Shown here: one piece after another, positions 1 to 12,299 of the stretch
How the letters are laid out: each line of letters opens with the position of its first letter
Position numbering within the stretch: the first letter of the stretch is position 1
DNA from: Octopus sinensis
Taxonomy: Eukaryota
Length of the DNA stretch: 64,000 bases
Direction of reading: 5' to 3'
Assembly (NCBI RefSeq): GCF_006345805.1
Contig: NC_042997.1
Coordinates: forward strand, 204,724,001 to 204,788,000
The notes under the pieces: generated by a model
What the model was told of the DNA's origin: nothing
Database searches by the model: none
The model's input: only the letters and a program-made list of their open reading frames with translations
Translations under genes and position numbers: made by a program

Positions 1-407
1 GCTCCTGGAAGAATTAGAAGTGGTTGTCAGAGAATTTCCACAACTTCACCAGCCCCAATCTCTGGCCTCCTAATCCCTTCAATTGTAATCCCATGGATTA
101 CTATGTGTGGGGCATGATTGAGAAAGACGCCAACTGCTCTTCTGGCAACACCAAGGCCAAGCTAGTGGCCAAGATCAAAGAGATGTTTGAAGATCTTCCC
201 AGGGACATGGAGAAAAATGCATGTACCTGGTTCTGGAGCCATTTCGAGAACATAATGGAAGCAAAGGGTGGTTACTTTTGAATAAACTATCATCTCCCAG
301 CCATAATCTAGTTGATATTTTTGGATTTTTAAAAATACCTTGATTTGGATGGGATAGTGTTTTCTTTACCTTTTATACAAACTGTCAAATTTAACCCAAA
401 CAGCCTG
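1..407 (+). mobile_element. Tc1/mariner transposase C-terminal relic with right terminus
   Basis: ORF 24-281 reads WPPNPFNCNPMDYYVWG...EAKGGYF, a decayed WPPxSPDLNPxD motif and typical C-terminus. The element appears to end at ...CAGCCTG followed by TA (408-409). Confidence 0.8.
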
Positions 408-1485
408 TAGGTCAATAGATCTTGTACAATTCCAATAGTGTATGTGTGTGTGTGTATATATATATATTTAAAATTCAAATAAGTTATCATTATCTATAAA
501 AATAATGATTAAGTGGCCAGCAAACATAATCCAAACAGGCCAAATAGATATTAGAGGTCAGGGTACAATATGCACCTGTTTGCTTGAAAGAGGAGTTAAA
601 ACCCTCCAAAACCATGCATCTCTCACTATATGTAAACACACATGGTGATTCAGTTGATACTAGGATGTCTATACTCCTATTTGTATTTTACAAGTGGGAA
701 GACTGTTTTAGAGAAATATGTTTGCTATATTTTCCATGCATGTTTATATATAGTGAAAGATGTGTGGTTTTGGAGGGTTTTAACTTCTCTTTCAAGCAAA
801 TGGGTGTATCTTGTACTCTGACTTTTTATTATATATACATATATATATATGTATGTGTGTGTGCGTGCGTGTTCACAGTTAAGTAAACAACATTGAAGAT
901 ATCAAATGTTAGTAGGATACCATAGACATGCAATGTAAATTTTAAGCACCATTTGTGTTTTCTTTTTATACCTACATCATACAAAGGACCGACCCCAGAA
1001 TCAGATCAACAGTTTAAATTGGATATGCTATTTGCATATCTATAGTAATCTACCAACACTTGATGCCTTCATCGTTGTTTTGCTCGTTATTTTGAAATTA
1101 AAAAGGGAAAATACGCACACTTACATAGTTTTACATAATTTTTAATATATCGACAAGTTTCGCTATCGCTATTCATGATATTATGTTTTACTTATTTAAA
1201 TATGCATTTTTTCTTAAGAGGAAATTTTGTCCATGTTGTTTGTGATGAAATTCACGAGTGAATGACTTCACAAGTAGATAAATAAAAGGGAGGTAATTGG
1301 TTATTGCTATTATTGTTATTGTTGTGGGTTTGGGAGATAACTGTTCAGTATGTATGTATGTATATGTATGTCTGTGTGTGTATGTGTATTATGTATGTAT
1401 GCACACACATATATATTTCTTTTTCTAGTTTCAGTCATTTGACTGTGGCCATGCTGGAGCACTGCCACACACCCACTTCTGTGCC

Positions 1486-1569
<84 letters not shown>

Positions 1570-1805
1570 ACATAACTGTTTCTCAAAATTTCCATCAACC
1601 AACTCCAGTCATAATGCTTTGGTTAGCACAGAGCTATAGTGGAAGAGACTTTCCCACCATGCCATACAGTGAAACTGAACAGGAAACTATGTCATTGGGA
1701 ACCAACCTTCTAATCCACACATAACTTATTGATTATTAGAAAACAAAAAAACAATCCTAAATTTGTCTTCAAGAGATTCTACCTAGAAAATATAAAGAAA
1801 TGTAC

Positions 1806-1911
1806 CAATTGATTTTGCAATGTTTCCATTCCATTTCCTTGGAGTCTTGACATGTTTTCTCTGCCTTTTTCCTCAAGGGAAAGTTCTTTCCTCAACTTTT
1901 CATTTTCTTCT
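1806..1911 (-). CDS. Coding exon of minus-strand coiled-coil gene (phase 2 to 0): REENEKLRKELSLEEKGRENMSRLQGNGMETLQNQL
   Basis: Acceptor tattttaacag|A and donor TTG|gtacat. Phase matches the 4657-5006 exon (AG+A=Arg), and the sequence is heptad-like. Confidence 0.65.
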
Positions 1912-2204
1912 CTGTTAAAATATATTTACAATAAACACCACTGGTTTGTAGTTCAAAGCACAGTTTGTATGGATATATATATATATATATAAACAATATT
2001 AGGGAGTATGGCTCCAAACTTACAGGGAAAAATTCAATTTAGTATTAAATCAAATTTCACAGTATAAATAAATAAAATATGAATTAGAGATAAAACCACT
2101 ATTAAGCAATTCAAACAGTGATAGACATAAACCAATACATAAATAACAAATAATATAAATATAATGAATATAATATGTAATATATATATATATATATCAT
2201 CATC

Positions 2205-2331
2205 GTCATCGTTTAACGTCCATTCTCCATGCTAGCATGGGTTGGACGGTTCGACCGGGGATCTGGGAAGCCAGAAGGCTGCACCAGGCTCCAGTCTGAT
2301 CTGGCAGTGTTTCTACAGCTGGATGCCCTTC
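2205..2331 (-). mobile_element. Truncated RTE-LINE 3' UTR end with (GAT)n tail
   Basis: Matches the tail region of the longer copy at 12300-13378 (catgctagcatgggttggacgg...ctggatgcccttc). Confidence 0.7.
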
Positions 2332-3379
2332 ATATAAATATAATTTTTTTTTTCTGCCACCATGTTTCTTATTGTTATTACATTCACTTTTCCATGCTCA
2401 CATAAGTCAGATAGAGTTTATTGATGAAGATTGTCTATTACTGAATGTCTTTTCTCATTCCAACCCATATCTAATTCCAAAGAAGGTAATATTTCTCCAT
2501 GGCCAAACATGTTTTTCACAGAATATTGGAAATGAACGACACTGCTTCTATGACAGTGACACTTGTTTACAACTGTCACATGATGTTTGAGATAAGAAGA
2601 TACAAACTCACACACACATACACACACAGAGGCCTGCTTCATCTTTTTATCCTGCGTCTGCATACTATCCACCCATGTCATCCCTTTCTCTTGTCCTCCC
2701 CCATGAGAGCTGTACCATCTTTATTACTCCTCTTTCACTCTCTTCTCCACCCCTCTATCTCCCCCACTCATAACTCCTTGCTCATCCACCTTTCTACTCT
2801 ACCCATGCACCTCAGTAGTGTAGGTGGCATGGAAAAAGCACCCAAGTAGCTGGCATTAAGAAGCGCATCCAGTTATAGAAATCATATCAAAACAGACATT
2901 GGAACATGATCCAGCCCTTGAACCCATGGAATCCTATCAAACTGTCCAACTCAAGCTAGTATGGTGCATGGACATTAAATGGTGATGATAAAATGATGGA
3001 CTTCTTTCAGTTTCCAACTACCAAATCCATTCAGAACGCTTTGGCTGGCTTGGGTCCATAGTAGAAAACTCTTGCCCAAGATGCCATGCAGTGGGACTGA
3101 ACCAAAACATATGGTTAGGAAGCACACAACCACGCCTATATGTGAAATATGCCAAAAATTGTATGAATAAAAATGTGACAATGGAGGAAATCTGATTGGA
3201 GAGATAAGATTTACATAACATCAACTCCCACCCTTTCTAGCTAGAAACACCTCAATAGAATCAGACAACACTATTCTACATTCCACTGCAATTCCATACA
3301 AATATAATTATTATTGGATATTTATTTTAATTTGGCATATTTTGTGGCTTGGATGACTAATGGTTGTTCCTAAAATGCC

Positions 3380-4050
3380 TATTGTTAAACTCTTGCTCCA
3401 CCCCCACATCCTGGCTCTTCCTTTCTCATCACTCTTTTTCCTGTGTCACCCCATCATCTGTCATTGTTCTATTGGCTTGGTTATGTTACCTTGAATGTAT
3501 GTATCCCTCACAAAATCCTAACACTATCACTCATCCCCTATCACACAATCCTCTTATCACTTAAATCTATCACTCTCCAAACCACTCACCCTCTACTATC
3601 ACTCACCCTTCATCACTTACCCCTTATCACTCTCATTCACTCTGTCATTCATTTCCTTATCACTCATTCCACTATCACACATTCCTCTTATCACTCATCA
3701 CCCTATTGCTTCTTTCCTGACACTCACCCCATCGCCTATCTCTATCAATCATCCCCATTACATATTTCGATCACTCGCCCCTATCACTTACCTCTATCAG
3801 TCATACCCTTTCACACCTCTCTTGTAGCTCATCTCTCTCTTACCTCATCATTATCATTCATATGCATCTCTGTCATTCGTACCTCAATCACTCATACCTT
3901 CCACTCTGTAAAGAAATTGGCAAGTGAGCAGAGACATTAGATCAAGAGGTCCTATTACTCCTGTCATGGACAAGATATCTTGTCCACAGACAAATAAACA
4001 AACAAACACAACTGAAAACAATACCTCCACTTTCGCTAAGGCAGAGGTAA
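3380..4050 (-). mobile_element. Possible DINE-1/Helentron-associated non-autonomous element with an internal G-poor tract
   Basis: The minus strand starts ttacctctgccttagcgaaagtggaggtattgttttc followed by (TTTG)n-like repeats. It has a perfect 20-bp palindrome at 3967-3986. The class assignment is from recalled similarity only. Confidence 0.35.
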
Positions 4051-4656
4051 TAATATAAATGATAGAACATTATAACAAATTATGAAACAGCTGTCAAGGC
4101 CATTGTCAATATTATTTAATGTTTGTACTGCTTTACAGCAAATACTGGGCAGTCTTTTTGGTACTACCAACACTACCAACAATGCTTGCAGGACTGCTAT
4201 GCGGCTTGCAGGACTACAAATCCTGAGTTGGTATCTTTATGCTTGGAGATGAGGGGTAAAGAAGAGTAAAATACGAGACAAAAGTGCCAGAGCAAAACTG
4301 GGGTTTTTTGTTGTAGAAGAGCTACATGACTATGTACATTTTAGAAGGGAGAGTGGGAATGATCAGGTGGTCTTGGGAAGCAATAAAAATAATGGTGGTG
4401 AGGTTTCAGTGTGGACCTTCAATACAGGTGGATAAGAATGAGTGGGGCATAGATGCAAGGAGTGAATGACAAAGTAGGAGATAGCATGGAGTAGTAGCAT
4501 AGTAATGATTAATAAGTTATTAAACATCTTAATTAATTATAAAACATAATAAATTATAAATCATTATGATATAAATTATAAACCATTATGATAAATTATA
4601 TAAATCATTGTAATAAATTGTAAATCATAATGAATTATAGATCATTATAAACATAC

Positions 4657-5006
4657 CTGAGATCAGTAGCTTTCCTCTCTTCTTGTTTTAATTTGGATTT
4701 CAGTTCCTCTAGCTGTTGGCTGAAAGTCTTAGATTGTGATTCCATTACTAAAACCTTCTGTTTGCTGCAAGATATTGTCTCTTTCTGTTGGTCAATGATA
4801 TCTGAAAGTTCCTTAACTTTTTCATCCCTTTTTTCTAAAGTAAAGGCCATATGTTTGCATTTTAGCCTCAGTTGTGATAGTTCTTCCTCTGCTTCTTCTG
4901 GAATGGTATGGAATCTGCTAGCATGTTCTTTCTCCCTCATTTTGTCTAAAAGTAGTGCTGCTTCTGCTCTCAGCTTTATGTTTTCATCTGTTATTTGTTC
5001 AAGTTT
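4657..5006 (-). CDS. Coding exon, coiled coil (phase 0 to 2): KLEQITDENIKLRAEAALLLDKMREKEHASRFHTIPEEAEEELSQLRLK...KATDLR
   Basis: Acceptor ttttttgtttctag|AAA and donor CTCAG|gtatgt. The 350 nt are open and strongly E/K/Q/L heptad-like, and include ORF 4635-4940. Confidence 0.85.
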
Positions 5007-6224
5007 CTAGAAACAAAAAAAAATATACATATTTATTCCATCTTTTTATTGAAACACAGATATCACATACAAGCGATGAGTTAATAGTGACAGAAGCTGT
5101 ATAAGAAAATAAATAATGCAGTATTCTGTGTTCTAACATAAACTCCACATTAGGTTGGAAATATAGATTACCTTTTCATATATATATATATATATATATA
5201 TTATCATCATCATCATCATTTAACGTGCTAGCATGGGTTGGACGATTTGACTGAGGTCTGGCAAACCAGATGGCTGCACCAGACTCCAATCAGATCTGGC
5301 AGAGTTTCTACAGCTGGATGCCCTTCCTAATGCCAACCACTCCGAGAGTGTAGTGGGTGCTTTAAGTGTAGTGGGTGCTTGGTGTAGTGGGTATATATAT
5401 ATATATATGATGGACTTCTTTCAGTTTCCATCTACCAAATCCACTCATAAGTCTTTGGTCAGCTCAAGATTATAGTAGAAGACACTTGCCCAAGGTGCTA
5501 TGCAGTGGAACTGAACCCAGAACCAAGAGGTTGGGAAGCAAGCTTCTTACCACTCAGTCACTCCGTTTATATGTTTATCATCTTCATCATCATTGTTCTA
5601 ATGCCCACTTTTCCATGGTTGCATGGACTAGTTAGAATTTGCTGAGGCAGATTTTCTGTGTTTCTATAGCCAGATGCCCTTCTTCTTGCCAACTGTTTTA
5701 GGTAATATTTCTCCATAGCCAGATATGTTTCCACAGAAAATTGGAAATGAATGATACCACTTGGTGATATATACCATCATTTAATATGTTAACAAGTATC
5801 ACATGATGTCAGGGTAAGGAGACAGTAACACTTACATGTATATTGTTGTAGTGAAATAGTGCACTCCTTCTCATGTGGCAAAGTTGTATGAGAGTTGTAC
5901 GAGTTGTCAGTTGGAGTCAGTGTCAGTTACATGTTATATACAAGTTTGAGTTTCCATCAAGGTAGACGTTTCAAGTCTTTGTCTTGCGGAGCTATCAGCA
6001 ATAGCACGATAGATGAGTTAAAGATAACAAGTCGCGGAATACTGCCACAACATAATAGTGGTGACCAGAATATTACAGTTCCAACAATAACATACAAGTG
6101 GATGAGGATCCACATTATAACACACACATATATATACATATACACACATACATATGGCTGTCTGCATTTAATGACTTTGAAGTTGATATAGAACCTCATC
6201 CGATGACAGGCACCCATGCCAACC

Positions 6225-6620
6225 CCCTTTGCTTGCGAAGACATGTTGGGGCAAGTGAAATCGAAATCGAATTGAACCAGCCAGGACCCCTGGACTGGTG
6301 GTATGTAAAAAGCACTATCCGACTTGTGGCCGATGCCAGCCCGCCTCGACTGGCTTCCGTGCCGGTGGCACGTAAAATGCACCAATCCGACCGTGGCCGT
6401 TGCCAGCCTCGCCTGGCACCTGTGCAGGTGGCACATAAAAAGCACCCACTACACTCATGGAGTGGTTGGCGTTAGGAAGGGCATCCAGCTGTAGAAACAT
6501 TGCCAGATAAGACTGGAGCCTGGGGCAGCCTTCTGGCTTCCCAGATCCCCGGTCGAACCGTCCAACCCATGCTAGCATGGAGAACGGACGTTAAACGATG
6601 ATGATGATGATGATGATGAT
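6225..6620 (+). mobile_element. RTE-LINE 3' UTR copy (about 2 minisatellite units) with (GAT)n tail
   Basis: Reverse complement of the 12300-13130 UTR, including the cacgtaaaa-gcacc units. Confidence 0.7.
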
Positions 6621-7369
6621 TGGAGGGAGTTTCTGATGCTTTTAATAATATTACTATGGGAACTAGAGATGAAATCAAAAGTGTGAGCCTGAAGTAGCCA
6701 TTTTCACAGGTGTCATTTGTAAAGGTTTTTTAATGAGAGTGTAGGGATAAACATTTCCTTCAAACTTTCATTTCATATTTCAAAAAATATTGTGACAGCG
6801 AACATTCAAAAGTAAATCTGACTTGTATTATCAGCTGATGACTGGAAATGGGCAACTCTGAGTATAAGAAATTGGAGTCAACATTTGTAGTGAGTCCTGT
6901 GATGTATCATTACTGGTGAATCATCAGATATATATGTATAAATATAGATATATATACTTACACATATGTCTGTAAACGCATGTATGTATATAAATATATA
7001 TTTATGCATAAAAATCAATATAAACAGCTAGATACAATATAATACCATAAAGGAAAAAATTTATCATCACTAATTGTGACTAGTTTCACCTATCAGTCAT
7101 ATTTTTAGCATAGAAATTTATGGCTGATTTAGTAAAATGCTAATGTGTATATTAAGAATCAATATAAGAAACTAGGTGCAGTGATCATAGAGACACTCAT
7201 GGGGTGGTTATCTCCTCTATCAGTGTGTATATATTGTGTGCTTCTTACAACATAGAGTTTTTAACTCGTATTTCTTGCAAATATAGGTGGCTCAGCACTC
7301 ACAGTTACAATTAGGAATGATAAAATCTTCCCTGAGATATATATATATATTTGTCTTGCAAGGTACTTT

Positions 7370-7675
7370 GTGACCATGTCAGTGGAGCTGCCACTTAAAA
7401 AGCATCTATTCTACACTGTAAAGTGGTTGGCATTTAGAAGGACATCCAGCTGTAAAAACCTTGCGAAAACTGACCTTGCCAGTGCTTGTGCCACGTGAAA
7501 AGCACTAAATCCACTCTGCTGAATGGTTGGTGTTAGGAAGGGCATCCAGCTGTAAAAATCCTGCCAAAACAGTCACAGAAGTCTGGTGCAGGCTTCTGCC
7601 TGGCTGGCTCCTGTCAAATTGTCTCTCCCATGCCAGCATGGAAGGTGGACGTTAAAAGATGATGATGATGATGAT
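7370..7675 (+). mobile_element. RTE-LINE 3' UTR fragments with (GAT)n tail
   Basis: Contains gttggtgttaggaagggcatccagctg and catgccagcatggaaggtggacgttaaa-(gat)n. Confidence 0.6.
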
Positions 7676-8299
7676 ATATATACTCACACACTCACATACA
7701 ACAGGCTACTTTTTTCTACTTCTGTCTACTGAGTCCACTACCAAGGCTTTGGTTGGCTTAGACGATTTTCTATACTGAACCCAAGACCATGTGGCCCAGA
7801 AGCAACCATCGTACCACTCAGCCATGCCTGTGGTTTACCAAATGGATGAGGTTTTTGCTCTTCACATCTCTGCACAGAAACTTCATTAACACCTCATATT
7901 CTTTCCTTTCTTTGTAATAAATTACTTGTTATAACGGATACTGCCCCATTTATCTATTTCCTTTGACCTACATAATTAATAAAGGTTTGAGCAATAATTG
8001 TCCCGAACCAGCCTGTGAGATCTCGTTTATGTTTATGCTTCAATTAAGCCCACAAACCAAACAAGTTTAATACCTCTGAGCTAATGTTTACTTCTTCTCA
8101 CCGCAAACGTTATTTATTAATTAAATCTATTCCTTCATTTGTTAAGTATAATGCCACTAACTTGTTTATATATTCAGTAGTCCATCACCTGAACTCTGCA
8201 GCCATTGTGTCTCTCCATAGATATGTAAGAAAAATAATAATTCCAGCTGTCTGATGAATATTTTATCTGATTTGTTTTATGGACGATGGTAGTTTCTAG

Positions 8300-8558
8300 A
8301 TTACATGTGATTTTCCTTTGTAATTGGGAGTAATTTTATCACCGTCGTCGTCAATATTGTCGTTATCGCTGTTGCCGTCATTTTCATTGTCGTCCTCAGT
8401 ATCATTATCATCATTGTTATTCTTCTCCTCCCCCTTCTACTCCTAATCATCATCGTCGTCATCATTGTGATCAACATCATTGCCATCATGATCATAATTT
8501 TGATTATCATCATCATCATTATCACATCACACCACACCACACCACCACCACTACCACC

Positions 8559-8604
<46 letters not shown>

Positions 8605-8605
8605 G
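8300..8605. repeat. Compound trinucleotide microsatellite (CAT/CGT/CAC)n
   Basis: Directly visible in the sequence. Confidence 0.9.
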
Positions 8606-8865
8606 TGATTGTAGCTTTATTTTGTTGTTGTTGTTGCCATTTAAACAGTAACTACACAAAGAGTGCAGTGAGATATTTAAAAGACCTTAGATATTCTATG
8701 AAATGTAGGAAAGAAGTTAATGATTTTTCTTGATGATTCCAGATTATTTAATTGTAGGTGTAAGACATAAGAAGCGCTATCAGACTCTCGTAACTTGCAC
8801 CCATTGCTCTTTACTTTATTCCCCCATCATAACTCCTTTACTTCTAACCCTACACACACTCTCCT

Positions 8866-9516
8866 CTCTCTCTCTCTCTCTCTTTCTTTTACCCTCTCTC
8901 TCTTTTACTCTCTCTCTCGCTCTCTCTTTTACTCTCTCTCGCTCTCTCTTTTACTCTCTCTCGCTCTCTCTTTTACTCTCCTCTCTCTCTCTTTCTTTTA
9001 CCCTCTCTTTCTTTTACCCTCTCTCTCTTTTACTCTCTCTCTCTCTTTTATTCTCTCTCTCTCTTTTACTCTCTCTTTCTTTTACCCTCTCTCTTTCTTT
9101 TACCCTCTCTCTTTCTTTTACCCTCTCTCTTTCTTTTACCCTCTCTCTTTCTTTTACCCTCTCTCTCTTCTACTCTCTCTCGCTTTCTCTTTTACTCTCT
9201 CTCGCTCTCTCTTTTACTCTCTCTCTCTCTTTCTTTTACCCTCTCTCTCTTTTACTCTCTCTATCTCTCTCTCTTTCTTTTACTCTCTCTCGCTCTCTCT
9301 TTTACTCTCACTCACTCTCTCTCTTTTACTCTCTCTATCTCTCTCTCTTTCTTTTACCCTCTCTCTCTTTTACTCTCTCTCGCTCTCTCTTTTACTCTCT
9401 CTGGCTCTCTCTCTCGCTCTCTCTTTTACTCTCTCTGGCTCTCTCTCTGGCTCTCTCTTTTACTCTCTCTCACTCTCTCTTTTACTCTCTCTCGATCTCT
9501 CTTTTACTTTCTCTCT
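8866..9516. repeat. Polypyrimidine minisatellite of (CT)n runs punctuated by TTTTAC
   Basis: About 650 bp of recurring ctctctct(ttc)ttttac(c/t) units. This explains the overlapping Leu/Ser/Phe ORFs. Confidence 0.95.
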
Positions 9517-10032
9517 AGAATTTTGCCACCTGTATCACCACTACCAGTAACCATAGCTAATTCATTTCTTCAGCACTTTCTAGAAGCACCCTTCATTCAT
9601 CAGGCAATATGCTGTGCATGTAAAGACCTGTTGAATCAAGTGGAATCGTAGTCATGGCTAATGCCAGTGCTACCTGACTGGCATCCGTGCCAGTGGCACA
9701 TGAAAAGCACCTTTCGAGTGTGGCTGATACCAGTGTCACCTTACTGGCTCCCATGCTGGGGACATGTAAAAAACTCCCACTAAACTCTTGGAGTGGTGGC
9801 ATTAGGAAGGGCATCCAGCTGTAGAAACCTTGCCAAATCAGATTGGCACTTCAGTCAAACCATCCAACCCATGACAGCATGCAAAGCAGATGTTAAACGA
9901 TGACGAGGATAATGATGACGACAGTACATTAGAAACAACAGCACAGCAAAATATGCTCTCTGATCTACACTAGCATGTAAAACAGACGTTAAACAATGAT
10001 GGTGACGATGATGATGATGATGATATATATGA

Positions 10033-10263
10033 AGGTGGCTAGCTGGCAGAAACGTTAGCATGCCGGGCGAAATGCTTAGCGGTATTTCGTCTGCCGTTAC
10101 GTTGTGAGTTCAAATTCCGCCAAGGTTGACTTTGCCTTTCATCCTTTTGGGGTCGATAAATTAAGTACCCATTGCGCACTGGGGTCGATGTAATCGACTT
10201 AATACCTATGTTTGTCCTTGTTTGTCCCCTCTATGTTTAGCCCCTTGTGGGTAATAAAGAAAT
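10033..10263 (+). mobile_element. tRNA-derived SINE, family 1
   Basis: A-box-like tagctggcagaaacgttag, B-box gagttcaaattcc and body tttcatccttttggggtcgataaattaagtacc. Further copies at 18686, 54150 and 57540. Confidence 0.8.
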
Positions 10264-10429
10264 AGACATATATCTATATAAACATAATTAAAGCATAAAA
10301 TCCTGAAAATTAATGGATTTTTTATCAGTGGCCAGCATATAAAAGAAACTTTTACATAAAATACATATATAGAGATATATAATTGTATAGGAGACAATTA
10401 TACTTAAGGGCACAGAAGCTACCATGCCT

Positions 10430-10850
10430 ATATTCTTTTATTCTTTTATTTGTTTCAGTCATTTGACTGCGGCCATGCTGGAGCATCGCCTTTAGTCGAG
10501 CAAATCGACCACGGGACTTATTCTTTGTAAGCCCAGTACTTATTCTATCGGTCTCTTTTTGCCGAACTGCTAAGTGATGGGGACGTAAACACACCAGCAT
10601 CGGTTGTCAAGCAATGCTAGGGGGACAAACACAGACACACAAACACATACATATATATATATAAATATATACATATATACATATATACGACAGGCTTCTT
10701 TCAGTTTCCGTCTACCAAATCCACTCACAAGGCATTGGTTGGCCCGGGGCTATAGCAGAAGACACTTGCCCAAGATGCCACGCAGTGGGACTGAACCCGG
10801 AACCATGTGGTTGGTTAGCAAGCTACTTACCACACAGCCACTTCTGCGCC
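10430..10850 (-). mobile_element. tRNA-derived SINE, family 2 (full length, internal TA/CA microsatellite)
   Basis: The head on the minus strand, ggcgcagaagtggctgtgtggtaag...gggttcagtccc, matches many copies in the window. Confidence 0.85.
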
Positions 10851-10934
10851 TATATGCTGAAAATAGACATTAAATACATCTAACCACTGCAGATACTCAC
10901 TCCACATATACAAATATATATATATTCTTTTATT

Positions 10935-11314
10935 CTTTCTTTTATTTTTTTACTTGTTTCAGTCATGTGGCTGTGGCCATGCTGGAGCACCACCTTTAGT
11001 CGAGCAAATCGACCCCCCAGGACTTATTTTTTGTAAGTGTAGTACTTATTCTATCGGTCTCTTTTGCTGAACCACTATGTTATGGGGGACAAACTATGTT
11101 GGGGGGACAAACACAGACACACAAACACATACACACATATATATACATATATACGATGGGCTTCTTTCAGTTTTCGTCTACCAAATCCACTCACAAGGCT
11201 TTGGTCGGCCTGAGGTTATAGTAGAAGACACTTGCCCAAGGTGCCATGCAGTGGGACTAAACCTGGAACCATGTTGTTGGTAAATTATCTACTTACCACA
11301 CAGTCACTCCTACG

Positions 11315-11315
<1 letters not shown>
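10935..11315 (-). mobile_element. tRNA-derived SINE, family 2
   Basis: Near-identical to 10430-10850 and in the same orientation. Confidence 0.85.
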
Positions 11316-11357
<42 letters not shown>

Positions 11358-12299
11358 ATATATGAGTGCTCACCAATTACATTACGTCAGTTGATGAAAA
11401 CTTGTATATTCTCTATAGTTGTATATATATATATTTAGACAAAAAGAGAGAGGGGGAAAGAGAGAGAGAGAAAGAGAGAGAGAGAGAGGGTAAGGGTATA
11501 TAATTTTCCACACAGTTTCTGTTAAGCAAATTCCTGTTACAAGCTGTTAGTCAACCCAATGCTTTAGAAGACACCTGCCCAAAATTCCACACATTGCTAT
11601 CAAAGCCAGAACGACTTGGTTCCAGAGCATATTTTATTAAACACACAAACAAACGGCAAAACATTGCGTGTGCATATGTTTATGTGTGTGTATTTGTGTG
11701 TGTGTGTGTGTGCATATGTTTGCATGTCTGTGTGTGTGTGAGCATGTTTATGGATGTGTGTGATGAGTTTCTGTGTGTGTGTCTGAAATATGTCTGTAGT
11801 TCTTTCCTGTCATAGCTGTATTGCTGTTTATAAAAATACGTGGTCTAGTGGTAAGGTGTTGGGATCATGATCATAAGGTTATGATTTCAATCCCAGGACT
11901 AGGTAACAAGTTTTGTCTCTGAGCAAGGTACCTCATTTCCCCTCTGCTTAGTTGCAAACAAGTACTAGCCTAATGCTAGCAGAGCCTTTGCTTCCCCTGA
12001 AATGTCACATCTTCAATCCTCCACTGGATCTTTAGTTGGGTTGGGTTTGAAAGGGTGTCAATGTCTACTCATGACTACATTGGTACCAAAAAAAAAGTGA
12101 AGCTATCTTATCTTTTACTTGTTTCAGTCATCAGACTGTGACCATGCTAGGGCACTGCCTTGAAGAATTTTAGTCAAATGAATCAACCCCATGACTGTGA
12201 AGAGTTTTCCGTATAAATGTCCTGAAAACTCCTCACAGCCTTGGTTTTGTTATCTGTTTTTGTCTAATATATATATGTATATGTATGTATGTATATATC

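Noticed and set aside
8730-9550. ORFs of 251-262 aa, Leu/Ser-rich
   Set aside because: They are translations of the CT minisatellite.
10033-10125. tRNA gene
   Set aside because: The A/B boxes belong to a SINE head that is followed by SINE body and tail. The same applies to the other SINE heads.
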